Shown one piece after another: positions 26,740 to 38,632 of a stretch of DNA of 64,000 nucleotides. Position numbers and translations under genes: made by a program. Below the pieces are notes generated by a model that had not been told where the DNA came from, ran no database searches, and was given only the letters and a program-made list of their open reading frames with translations. The stretch is from NCBI GenBank assembly GCA_030390025.1, contig CM059432.1, forward strand, positions 122,824,001-122,888,000, in the 5' to 3' direction. Position 1 is the stretch's first letter, and every line of letters starts with the position of its first letter. Source of the stretch: Squalus acanthias (lineage: Eukaryota).

Positions 26740-28251
26740 CTGCCAGAAAAATGTTATTAATATCATTAAGGGCATTAACAGCGTTTTGAAATTCCCATTC
26801 TTTGGTGACCACTTTATTGAAGTTATTTAAAACGGTTGATATTAAAAATGTCTCTTGACTGTTCCCAAGTGTTGATTTGCAAGTATAATTTTTCTTGGGT
26901 ACAAATGAAAGTTTTAAAATATGTATCCTGAACAATACATGAACAAGGCTTCTTCCACAGCACCTCCCAAACCCGTGACCTCTTCCACCTAGAAGGACAA
27001 GGGCATAAGGCGAATGGGAACACCATCACCTCCAAGTTCCCCTTGAAGTCACACACCATCCTGACTTGGAAGTATATCACTGATCCTTCATCATCACTGG
27101 GTCAAAATCCTGGAACTCCCTCCTTAACAGCACTGTCGGAGTACCTTCACCACACGGACTGCAGCGGTTCAAGAAGGCGGCTCACCACCACCTTCTCAAG
27201 GGCAACTAGGGATGGGCAATAAATGCTGGCCTTGCCAGCGACACCCACATCCCAGGAACGAATAAAAAAAATATAGTGCCAATAGTCAAATTCCATTTAT
27301 TATGTAGGATTCTGGGATTTTTAACTGTAGTTTTGAGGATCACATTCCATGTTTTTCTGCAGCATTATATTTTTGCCTTAAATTTGCAGTTTGTGCATTA
27401 CGCTACGTATTAAATGAATTGTTGATTTGCTGATGGAGGTACTTTCACTTTAAATGTGGGGTAGATTATCCTGTTGTCACCACCATCTGTTCTCTTATAT
27501 CAGTTTAAATTGCACAATACAGTTGTAACTTGCTCGTTGTCTTGTTCAGGTATGCTCATCATTATAACTACATGAGCATCAATCCCACTTGGATTCTTCC
27601 TTGCTGGTGTCATTTACTGCCAGGAACAAAAATTAACAGTTCATTAAAACAAATGAAACCAGACACCTGCTAACTCAATGGCATTTTGCCTTTCTCATTA
27701 CCCTGTTCTTTTAGAAATACAGGATTACATTAAGTTCATTATTTGTGATTGAGAACGTAGATGTTCTCAATGACCTGCATCCATTATTCCTTCAGCAAAA
27801 TTCTGTAATTCAAATCAACTGTACAGGTAGCAATCTTAACTCTCTCTTTGCAACCCTTACCATGTGAAATAGGGGATTTCTGAAAGAAGGGAGAAAGATA
27901 GCGAGAGAGGAATCAATGGAGAAAGACAGGGTGTGAGAACATGAAAGAGAATGAGCTACAGAAAGAGAATGCGTAAAAGAGTGGAAAATAAAACAATTGA
28001 ATAGAAAGGCTTTGATAAAGTGATAGGATGAGATACAAGGAAAGAATTGGTACTCCAAAAATAAAGCTGATAACCGACCAATCTGTTCCTATTGTTATAT
28101 ATGTTGAGCTTAGCATTTTACATTTCGGCAGGCAAGAGACATTTTTAGTATCAACCATTTTAAATAACTTGAATAAAATCGTCACCAAAGAATGGGAATT
28201 TCAAAATGCTGTTAATGCCCTAAAGGAAATTGGTAAAAATTTCCCTGGCAG
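26740..28251. repeat. ~118-bp inverted repeat pair (26740-26857 and 28133-28251)
   Basis: caagagacattttta...gaatgggaatttcaaaa...ctggcag occurs once on each strand. Confidence 0.8.
26944..27270 (+). mobile_element. CR1/L2-group LINE 3' end
   Basis: Reverse-complement match to 19360-19660, with an A-rich tail. Confidence 0.8.
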
Positions 28252-29605
28252 TACATATTGAATATATAGTCTGGACCAAACTGTTATAATTTGTAAATGG
28301 TAATCGTAATCTTCAAAATCAATGTGATTGATTATTGCAATTTAAAACAGAGTTTGCTCTCTGTACTCCCATGACTCTAAACTATCATTGTGACATTTTA
28401 ACTTAGAAACATCAAGATCAGATGCTGCAAATCATAATTGACGCTCCTTTACTGTAGCGCTTTAAAGGTTCAGACACCGCCGAACAGTAAGAGAAACATT
28501 CTTGTTGAGAGATTTTAGTTCAATGAACACAAGATTTTCATATTATAAATCATTATCTGTTCTTGAGCCATGATATGTACATATTTTATTCATTTATGTA
28601 ATAAAAGCACCTTTTGACAGTTACATTCTTATATACTGTGTTAGCTATGAGTGGGTTGTTGTAATAAGAGGCTGTTATTATTTGGCCGTGTCTTGGTATG
28701 TGGATCATGTTTGTGCAGTGGGTGCTGCTTGAATATAACAAACGGAAAGACTCTCCAACTGTACTGCAATGTATTCCATATATTTCAATCTCTGACTGAC
28801 ATGAACACAGTCAAAAGTCACATTGCCTTTGACAGATGTTCCAACTACATATTGCTGTCAATGCATATATCAGTTTTACAGTGGCCTTGACACAGAGATT
28901 CCAACCTTAAACTGCCATTAACTCAGCCATTTAAACATCACACTGTCGTTATCTCAAACATCAAATATCCTACTGCCATTAACTCAGATACTCAAACATA
29001 ATACTAACATTAATACCGCCGATCTGACTTGACACTATCACTAACATTTGGACGAAAGGCATTCACTGGATTTTTAACAGCACTGTTAATCAGTGATTGA
29101 ACAGCAGCATTCATTGTGAATGAACCCCCGATGAATGCTATAAGTGACTCGCGGTGTACACGTCTTTCTCTTGACAAAGAATTGCTGCCACAATGCACAA
29201 AAATGCAATTTGCACCGACTATAATATTTGAAAAACTTGATATTCTGGTCAGCTTTAATTTGAAAAGCTTAAAATAATTGTTTAAGTTGTCACTATTAAC
29301 CCAAATGAAAAGTGATAATTAGCAGCTTTAACTGCATTATGTAAACACTTTTCCTTGAAATAGTTTTCGACACCACCAGAAATTGGGAAATGGGGATCTA
29401 CAAAGGCCACTGTGGATATAATACAAAACTGGTTCCTAGAACTTCAAATGAAGCTGAGATAACCAATATAATAAAAAACATAATCCATTTGACTTTCTGA
29501 GGTCGTAAAAGGCGCGACTCCAATATGATGGATGAAGACACTATCAGTTGGGTCCTTATGAAAGGACACTGTGTAAACCATTATTGGTGTTCCCCAGATG
29601 ACATA

Positions 29606-30296
29606 GGGGGAAAAATTCGGTAGCGCCCCGTTTACATCGCTAGGGCGGATAGTTTAGCGCCAGGCGCTAATTAGTGGCCCATACTGCGATATTGGCTTTA
29701 GCTCTCTAAGAATGAAGTGGAGCGCTAAATCAAGCGCTACCACTTCACTTAGGGTGCTAACGGGCTGGTAGCGCCAGGCTGCTAATGAAGTTAGCGCTCG
29801 GCCTTGGCGTCTCCTTCCCTGGATTAAAGGGAAGGGCCCAACGCTTACTCCAGCATCAGGTAAGGCTGGGGATGGGTGGGCAGTGGCACCCGTAGGCCCC
29901 GAGGAGCAGCCCCAAGCACCAAATAGAGTGCAGGCCTGCCCTATCGGTGGCACCAAATGTGGCAAAAGGCCGTACCCGGGGCATTAATTAAAGGTCAGCC
30001 TGCCTGACACCGATGCCTTTAATTAGCGCCCCCGACCCGCCCGGCAATGCTGCAGAGCCTGCTCCAGCAGTTGCTGTTAGCATCTGGCGAAGGTGGAGGG
30101 AACGCTACTCAATTTTCCAGTGGGGCGCTAACGGGGTGCTAACAGAACGCTGCGCACCCGGATGACATCACGATCTCTGGGGCGCAGGATTCTGAGGCGC
30201 ACTGTTATCGGCCCGCCCGGGCACTAACCCCTTAGTGCCCCATTAGTGCCTGGGCAGGGCGCTAACGGGAGGCGCTCAGCTGCGCAAATCCACTCC
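29606..30296. mobile_element. Non-autonomous Harbinger-related element
   Basis: Starts gggggaaaaatt, has dense TTAGCGCC/GGCGCTAA motifs, and shares ggcgctaacgggaggcgc with the right end of 42144-46239. Confidence 0.65.
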
Positions 30297-33200
30297 TGAG
30301 TGTGGTATTCAGCCGTAAAGACCAAGCAAGTTCCGGGTTTAATTCCTGGTCTGGGCCAAGTTATCTGATCTCAGACAGGGTTTTACAGTTGGCCCGCACC
30401 ATCCATGGTCAAATAACTTGCCAACGTGCACTTTCTAGGTTACACATGAAGAGCAAAATGTTGGATGAGCTAGCAGAAAGCTCCTGGTACCTGCAGCATC
30501 ATATCCCAGCATGAGTCCCGCTCAAGAGAGAAGGGAAGAAAATTGGAAATAAAAAATGAAACACAAAGGGCTTGGTTTTAATAGCCCTGAGGAGGCGGGT
30601 TTCGAGGTGGGTCGGCAGCAAAAATCAGAAAAAACGGCTTCAGACACCCAACCCGCCTCCATTCGCCCCCACGCGATTTTCGGGAGTGTCGGGTCAGCCG
30701 CTCCTAAACTGACCCGACTGGAACCGGTGGGACAGGTAGTTAAGGCAGATAACAGCCTTGCTAATCCTATTTTTATAGTGGTTTCCCATTTTCATGCATA
30801 TGGTTCCTGTTTCCCATCTTGTCAGAAACAGAGCAGCTGCAAGGAGACAAGATTCTCGAGGACATGATTTGCAGTCATTGGTGCAGCACTTTAAAAGTGT
30901 TCCTGTAACATGGCTGACATTCAAATGCAACAACTTTGTTGTTGGAGGTTTTGGATAAGATTTTGCACATCTACTGACCTTGTGACTGTTCAAGCTGACA
31001 ACCATCTGCAGTGTTACCTGATTGGAATAATTTCAGGCCACTTTGAGTGTGCGCTTGCAAGCTTCTTGCCTCAACTGAAATCTATAGCAACGGGATGGGA
31101 ACCATTTACATCCTCTCATCCTGGTCGTCAGATTTGGAGGAAGAGCAGCCGCGGCAGCAGCACCACACCAGGGGCACCAACCTTCTCCTCACCCACCTGA
31201 TGATGCACTGGGTGGAGGGCCTCAGCGCAGGGCTGCACCTCGCCAGGCTGCACCAGCAGCAAGAGAGGGACCAGGGGAGGAGCGGCGGACATAGAAGCGG
31301 CAGCGCCCGAGGCCCGAGACCCGAGGCCCGAGACCAGCGGCGAGAGCGGGAGCGGACGGACCTGTGAGGGGGAAAAAAATCAAAGTGTGACATCACAGGA
31401 AAGCAGGTAAGTGATTGGTTGGTAAGCATTTCTCTTTTTTTCTCTTTTTCTAAACTTGGGCATTGGTTTAAATTAAGATCCGTGATTACAGATTAAAGAC
31501 TATACATAGATAATTGATATTTCAAAACTTGAAAACCTAACTAGTGAAATAAAATACAATGGAGTTGACAGGGCAGGTGATGTGTTGCAGCTGTAGCATG
31601 TGGGAGCTGGTGGACCCCAGTGTGGTCCATGGCGAGCACATCTGCAGCAAGTGTCTGCAGCTCGAGGAACTTTGGCTCAGAGTTAATGAGCTGGAGTCCG
31701 AGCCTCAGACACTGCGAAACATCAGGGAGGGGGAGAGTTACCTGGACGCTGTGTTCCAGGAGGCAGTCACATCCCTTAGGTTAAATAATTCAAATTTGGT
31801 CTGTGGTCAGGGACAGGAGGGTGTGATTACGAGTGAGGCAGGTATGGGGATCCACAAGGTAGCATTGGAGGAGCCTCAGCCCTTGCACTTGTCCAACAGG
31901 TATGAGGTATTTGCTCCCTGTGTGGACGAGAGCAGGGACTGCAGGGAGGATGAGCCAACTTACCACAGCACCGTGGTACAGGGGGCCATTCAAGTTGGGG
32001 GAGTAAAAAGAAATGTTGTAGTGATTGGGGCAGTATAGTTAGGGGGATAGACATTGTTCTCTGCAGCCGAGAGCATGAGTCCCAAAGGCTGTGTTGCCTG
32101 CCAGGGTTAAGGTCATCTCCTCTGGGCTGGAGAGGAACTTGGAGTGGGAGGGGAAAGATCCAGTTGTCGTGGTCCACGTAGGTACCAATGACATAGGTAG
32201 GACAAAGAAAGAGGTTCTGCCGAGGGAGTATGAGCAGCTAGGGACTAAATTAAAAAGCAGAACCACAAAGGTAATAATCTCTGGATTACTACCTGAGCCA
32301 TGAGCAAATTGGCATTGCATCCTAGGGTCTTAAAAGAAGTGGCTGCAGAGATAGTGGATGCATTAGTTGTAATCTACCAAAATTCCCAGGATTCTGGAGA
32401 GGTCCCAGCGGATTGGAAAACCGCATATGTAACACCCCTATTCAAGAAAGGAGGGAGACAGAAAGCAGGTATAGACCAGTTAGCCTGACATCTGTCATTG
32501 GGAAAATGCTGGAGTCCATTATTAAGGAAGTAGTAGTAGGACATTTAGAAAATCATGATACAGTCAAGCAGAGTCAGCATGGTTTTATGAAAGGGAAATC
32601 ATGTTTGACAAATTTGCCAGAGTTCTTTGATGTTGTAACGAGCAGGGTGGATAAAGGGGAACCAGTAGATGTAGTGTATTTGGATTTCCAGAAGGCATTC
32701 GATAAGGTGCCACATGAAAGGTTACTGCACAAGATAAGAGTTCATAGGGTTGGGGGTAATATATTAGCATGGATAGAGGATTGGCTAACTAACAGGAAAC
32801 AGAGAGTCAGGATGAATGGGTCATTTTCAGGTTGGCAAACTGTAACTAGTGGGGTGCCACAGGGATCAGTGCTGGGTCCTCAGTTGTTTACAATCTATAT
32901 TAATGACTTGGATGAAGGGACCGAGTGTAATGTAGCCAAATTTGCTGATGATACAAAGGTAGGAAGGAAAGCAAGTTGTGAAGAGGACACAAAGGAAGCA
33001 ATTTTCCCACTGGAGGCGAGATGGAGGCGGGTTTCGGTTTGGGTGGGTTTGACACCCGCCTCCACTGATAGTTTTCAAAAAATTGCAAGTTTCCCCTGAT
33101 TGGCCACTTGATTTCAGAGGTGTGGGATGCCCTTGGTCAATTAGTGTTTTGGGACTGAAACCCACCTCTGCTGACATCACTTTTCCAGTCTGATTTTATG

Positions 33201-34641
33201 GCTTTTTGCTGCCTTGGCTGATTCCACAGGATTTCTGCCTATGCTGCACCACCTACAACATATTCTGATAAACCAGTGGGCTGAATTTTCTGAATGGAGA
33301 CGTGTTGGAGGCGGGACTGCTGTTTGTCGGGTCTCAGTCCCGCATCCATCATCTTCTGACCAATCAGCGGGATTTTCCCCTGATTGACCTTGTTAAGCCC
33401 GCCCTGTGGGCTCAGCAGGCCAATTAGAGGGAAGTCACTGACAGAGCACGTCAACGTCTGACGTGCCATCTATCAAGATTTCTTGAAAGAAGAAATGTTA
33501 GCGATTGACAGCTCTGTGAAGCTGTCAAACACTGACATTCTGTGTAGTTTGATGAGCCCTTGTGCTCAGGACTCATCAAACCTTTCTCCTTTTTAGAAAT
33601 CAGATGACTGTTGGTTCGGAGGATCCAACAGCCAATCTGTGAAATCTACAATGAAGATGTTGGGACTCCGGATCCAGAGCGGCTGAAGGCTGTAGGCAGA
33701 AACAAAGGTAAGTGAACATTTTCTAACACTTTACACTCACCTCACATACTTACCACTCCACACTTACAATGATTTGATGCTAAAATGTTGGCGTTATGGC
33801 ATCTGTTCTTTCGCCTTAGGCAGCTCCACATTGCGGGCTCCGCCACACTTGTGTTGTCAGGTTGGTGGCCTGAGTGAAAGGAGGCCAGAGAATCATGTCC
33901 ATTGTCAATGATGTCTTAGGATGGAGCCAAGGACATGTGCCAACTTGGGCAACCTATGCAAATCTAACCAGGATAAGTTCATCCCTTGCATCCCGGGCAG
34001 CCATGTGCTCGCGTGCTGCCGCTGCTGCTGGTCGATACATCGGCGCTCTGACCTCCTCCTGCTCCTCCTCCTCCTCCTGCTCCTCCTGATCCTCCTCCTC
34101 CTCTGACACCACCTCCTCCTCCTCCTCATCCTCATCTGAGGAGGCCTGGAACTGAGCCATTTGCTCATCAGGAAGCTGCAAGCCATGACGCTGTGCGATG
34201 TTGTGCAGTGCACAGCAGACCATGACCATTCTGGAGACCCTGTATGGTGTATACTGCAGGGCTCCATCTGATCGGTCAAGACAACAGAAGCGCATCTTCA
34301 ACAACCCAATGGTTTGCTCGATGATGGACCTGGTCGAAGTGTGGCTGGCGTTGTAGTGCTCTTCAGCCTCGTTAGCTGGTCTCCTGATCGGCGTCATTAG
34401 CCACTTCTTCAGGGGGTAGCTTTTGTCACCAAGGTGCCATCCGTTAAGTTGGTTTGGCGGATTGAAAAGCGGAGGAACACTAGAGTGGCGCAGGATGAAA
34501 GAGTCATGGCAACTACCACAGAACTTGGCGCAAACATGCAAGGACTCCTACCTGTGGTTACACACCAGCTGTACGTTGAGGGAGTGGAAGCCCTTTCAGT
34601 TGACAAAGATAGCTGGTTTGTGATGGGGTGCCCTAAGGGCC

Positions 34642-35128
34642 ACATCCCCAGCATCGAAGCTTTGACCACGCTCGATCAGCTCCGATGGACAGGTCACATT
34701 GTCCGCATGCCCGATACGAGACTCCCAAAACAAGCACTCTACTCAGAGCTCCGGCACGGCAAGAGAGCCCCAGGTGGGCAGAGGAAACGCTTCAAGGACA
34801 CCCTCAAAGTCTCCTTGAAAAAGTGTAACATCCCCACCGACACCTGGGAATCCCTGGCCCAAGACCGCACAAAGTGGAGGAGAAGCATCCGGGAAGGCGC
34901 CGAACACCTCGAGTCTCTTCGCCGGGAGCAAGCGAAAGCCAAGCGCAGGCAGCGCAAGGAGCGCACGTCAACCCAAGCACCCCACCCACCCGCCCCTTCA
35001 ACCACCGTCTGCCCCACCTGTGACAGAGACTGTAGGTCCCGCATTGGACTCATCAGTCACCTGAGAACTCATTTTTAATGTGGAAGCAAGTCATCCTTGG
35101 TTCCGAGGGACTGCCTAAGAAGAAGAGG
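34642..35128 (+). mobile_element. 5'-truncated RTE LINE
   Basis: Motifs QLRWTGHIVRMPDTRLPKQALYSEL, GGQRKRFKD and CPTCDRDC, with an (aag)n tail. Confidence 0.9.
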
Positions 35129-35485
35129 ATGTGTGTAGTCTATGACGCCCTGCACCATTGGCATGCCTGCCATATTTTCAAAGCCAACCGAACGAGCAGT
35201 TATACTTGCTTGATCCCTTGTGAACTGGATGTAATTGTGGGCCTTAGCAAAAAGGGCATCGGTAACCTGCATGATGCAACTGTGGGCGGCCGACTGGGAG
35301 ATGCCGTTGATGTCTGCTGATGATCCCGGGAAGGAGCCTGAGGCAAAGAAGTTGAGTGCGGTGGTGACTTTGACAGCCACTGGTAAGGGGTGTCCACCCA
35401 TTCCTCTGGGCATCAGGTCTTGCTGCAGTAGTCCGCAGATCTCTCGCACAACCTCGCACGAAAGTCTCAGCCTCCTTTGTCACTG

Positions 35486-35790
35486 GCATAGTGGTTAGCA
35501 CTGTTACCTCACAGCGCCAGGGACCCGGGTTCGAATCCGGCCTCGGGTGACTGTCTGTGTGGAGTTTGCACATTCTCCCCGTGTCTGCGTGGGTTTCCTC
35601 CAGGTGCTCCAGTTTCCTCCCACAGTCCAAAGATGTGCGGGTTAGGTTGATTTGGCTATGATAAAATTGACCCTTAGTGTTAGGGGGATTAAATACGTGG
35701 GGTTACGGGGATAGGGTGGGATATGTGTCGGTGCAGACTTGACGGGTCAAAATGGCCTCTATCTGCACTGTGGGGATTCTGTGATTCTGT
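35486..35790 (+). mobile_element. V-SINE (HE1-like)
   Basis: tRNA head gtggttagcac...gggttcgaatcc, V-domain tgtgtggagtttgcacattctccccgtgtctgcgtgggtttcctcc and CR1-like tail gattctgtg. Confidence 0.85.
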
Positions 35791-35908
35791 GCTGCTCACT
35801 CATGTTGAGGTAGCTCATCCTCTGTCTGTAAACCCTCTGTCGGGGGTATCTCCTGCGGCGAGGTGCCTCGATGTGCTGGCGCCTTCTGCCCTGTGCAGCA
35901 TCAGGTGG

Positions 35909-36090
35909 CTGAGCAGGAGGTTGGGGCTCCTGCTGCTGTTGCTGCTGAGCTGCCTGAGCAGGAGGTTGGGGCTCCTGCTGCTGTTGCTCCTGAGCTGGCT
36001 GAGCAGGAGGTTGGGGCTCCTGCTGCTGTTGCTCCTGAGCTGCCTGAGCAGGAGGTTGGGGCTCCTGCTGCTGTTGTTGTTCCTGAGCTG
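35909..36090. repeat. About 4 copies of a 45-bp tandem repeat encoding QEPQPPAQ(A/P)AQ(E/Q)QQQ
   Basis: Unit ctgagcaggaggttggggctcctgctgctgttgctcctgagctgc, in frame in the Harbinger B transposase N-terminus. Confidence 0.85.
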
Positions 36091-37567
36091 CCTGGTTCTG
36101 CTGCTGCCGTGGATGCTCCTCATCCAAATCTGAGGTCCATGGAGAAAGAAAATGAATGGTTCCCATGCTGCGTGCAGATGCCTCTGTTGGGGAAGCGCTC
36201 ATTGCAAGCGGGGAGAGGGTCTTCCAAGGAGGTCCCACAGTTGATAGATGCAGCACCTCCGACTTTGGAAGGCCTTCTAAAAGTGCTCAAAGACCTTTTA
36301 AAGCAAAGTTCTGGCACCTGCAACTAATCCCTGATGAAATAAACAATTTAATGTTGGACCTGCAGCTGTGAGGAGACCACCCACTTGTCAACCTGCCAGG
36401 TTTAGCTGGCGTGGTTTAGGAAGATCATGGAACACGCCAAAATGATCAAAAAATCACGAGGGCCTCTCAAAATAGGCTTAGAGAGGCCCTTAACGAGCAT
36501 TTAATCCTCTTAACAAGCACTCTGGCCAGCTGGAGGCGGGACCATTTCCCGCCCTGCAAAACCGGCACCGGCAAAATCCCGCGGAGGCGGGTTGGAGGCA
36601 GGTTCCGAACCCGCCCTCATTGTTTCTGATTTTCCCGCCATTCCTGCCTCCAAACCCGCCTCCTCGGACGTCAGAAAATCGCCCGCAAAGAATCTGCAAA
36701 GGGATATAGATAGGTTAAGTGAGTGGGCAAAAATTTGGCAGATGGAGTATAATGTGGGAAAATGTGAGGTTATCCACTTTGGTAGGAAAAATAAAAAAAC
36801 AAATTATTATTTAAATGGAGAGAGACTACACAATGCTACGGTACAGAGAGATCTGGGGGTCCTTGAAATACAAAAAGTTAGCATGCAGGTACAGCAAGTA
36901 ATTAGGAAGGCAAATGGAATGTTGGCCTTTATTGCAAGAGGGATAGAGTATAAAAGTAAGAAAGTCTTGCTACAGCTGTACAGAATCGTTGGTGAGACAA
37001 CACCTGGAGTACTGCGTACAGTTTTGGTCTCCTTATTTAAGGAGGGATATACTTGCATTGGAGGCAGTTCGGAGAACGTTCACTAGGTTGATTCCTGAGA
37101 TGAAGGGGTTGTCTTATGAAGAAAGTTTGAGCAGATTGGGCCTATACTCATTGGAGTTTAGAAGAATGAGAGGTGATCTTATTGAAACGTATAAGATTCT
37201 GAGGGGGCTTGTCAGGGTCGATGCAGAGAGGATGTTTCCCCTCGTGGGGGAATCTAGAACTAGGGGGCATAGTTTCAGAATAAGGGGTCGCCCATTTAAA
37301 ACGGAGATGAGGAGGAATTTCTTCTCTCAGAGGGTCGTAAATCTTTGGAATTCTCTACCCCAGAGAGCTGTGGAGGCTGGGTCATTGAATATATTTAAGG
37401 TGGCGATAGACAGATTTTTGAACGATAAGGGAGTCAAGGGTTATGGGGAGCGGGCAGGAAAGTGGAGTTGAGGCCAAGACCAGATCAGCTATGAGCTTAT
37501 TGAATGGCGGAGCAGGCTCGAGGGGCCAAATGGCCTACTCCTGCTCCTATTTCTTATGTTCTTATGT

Positions 37568-38632
37568 TCGCCGCAGGAGATACCCCCAACACAGGGTTTA
37601 CAGGCAGAGGATCAGCTTCCTAAGCATGACTGAGCAGCAGTGCCAAAGGAGGCTTAGAGTTTTGAGAAAGGTAGTCACTGACATCTGCGCAAAGCTGCAC
37701 CAACACCTGGAGCCCCGAGGAGCGTGTGGACACACCTTACCAGTGGCTGTCAAAGTCACCACCGCACTCAACTTATTTGCTTCAGGCTCCTTCCAGGGAT
37801 TAGCTGTAGACATCAGCGGCATCTTCCAGTCGGCCGCACACACCTGCATCACGCAGGTCACCAATGCCCTCTTTGCAAAGGCCCACAATTACATCCACTT
37901 CTCCACAGATGGCCCGCAAGTGTGACCACGTGTGCGGTTGGCTTTGCCAATATGGCAGGCTTGCCAGTGGTGCAGGGCCTCATTGACTGCATACATATAG
38001 CCATGAGGGCCTCCTATCACAACCCAGCTGTATTTGTCAACCGCAAGGGATTCTACTCCCTGAACGTCCAGATGGTGTGTAAGCACAGGAAGATCATCAT
38101 GCATGTTTGCGCAAAGTACCCTGGCAGTTGCCCTGACTCCTTCATCCTGCACCAGTCTACTGTGCCTCAGCTCTTCCATCGCCAACCCAACTTTCCGGAT
38201 GGCTTCTTGGCGACAAGGGCTCTCCCCTGAAAAAGTGGCTTATGACACCGGTGAGGAGGCCATCAAACGAGGCTGAGGAGCATATCCACCAGAAGCATCA
38301 TCGAGCAAACCATCGGCTTGCTCAAATTGCACTTCCAATGCCTAGACAGATCTGGTGGCGCCTTGCAGTATGCACCAGCCAGGGTGTCCGGAATCGTTGT
38401 GGTCTGCTATGCCCTGCACAACATCGCACAGCAGCGCGGCTTAGTGCTGCCGGACGAACAAGTGGCTCAGCACACAGCCCCCTCGGAAGAAGAGGAAGAG
38501 GACGATGAAGAGGATGAGGAGGAGGACGGGGAGCAACGCCTTGCAGGGCCGGATGTGGCCAATTCAGCAGCAGGCGACCACATTGCTGGCCGTCAGGCAA
38601 GGGATGCACTCATCCATGCCAGATTCGAGTAA
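37568..38632 (+). pseudogene. Harbinger A transposase, frameshifted
   Basis: Motifs [43 protein letters not shown] and ALHN, plus an acidic tract. Confidence 0.85.

Larger units (their letters stand above)
32994..36686 (-). mobile_element. Inner Harbinger B inserted in the CR1 RT
   Basis: TSD AAA, with the empty site gaggac(a/t)caaagaatctgcaaagg seen in the CR1 near 61450. Degenerate TIRs. Minus-strand transposase 33954-36165 is interrupted by an RTE and a SINE. Confidence 0.8.
31245..37567 (+). mobile_element. CR1 LINE with 5' UTR, ORF1 (Zn finger plus esterase), internal deletion, RT and 3' tail; split by Harbinger B
   Basis: ORF1 motifs CCSCSMW..CSKC and VVVHVGTNDIG are joined near 32312 to RT (LHPRVLKE, DFQKAFDKVPH, FADD). 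Tail (ttcttatg)n. Flanked by tcgcc repeats. Confidence 0.88.

Noticed and set aside
35486..35560. tRNA gene
   Set aside because: The A/B boxes belong to a V-SINE head and there is no complete cloverleaf. The same applies to the heads at 11100-11170, 15314 and 61973.
35723..36327. Leu-rich and Ala/Val-rich plus-strand ORFs
   Set aside because: These are antisense readings of the 45-bp Gln-rich repeat.
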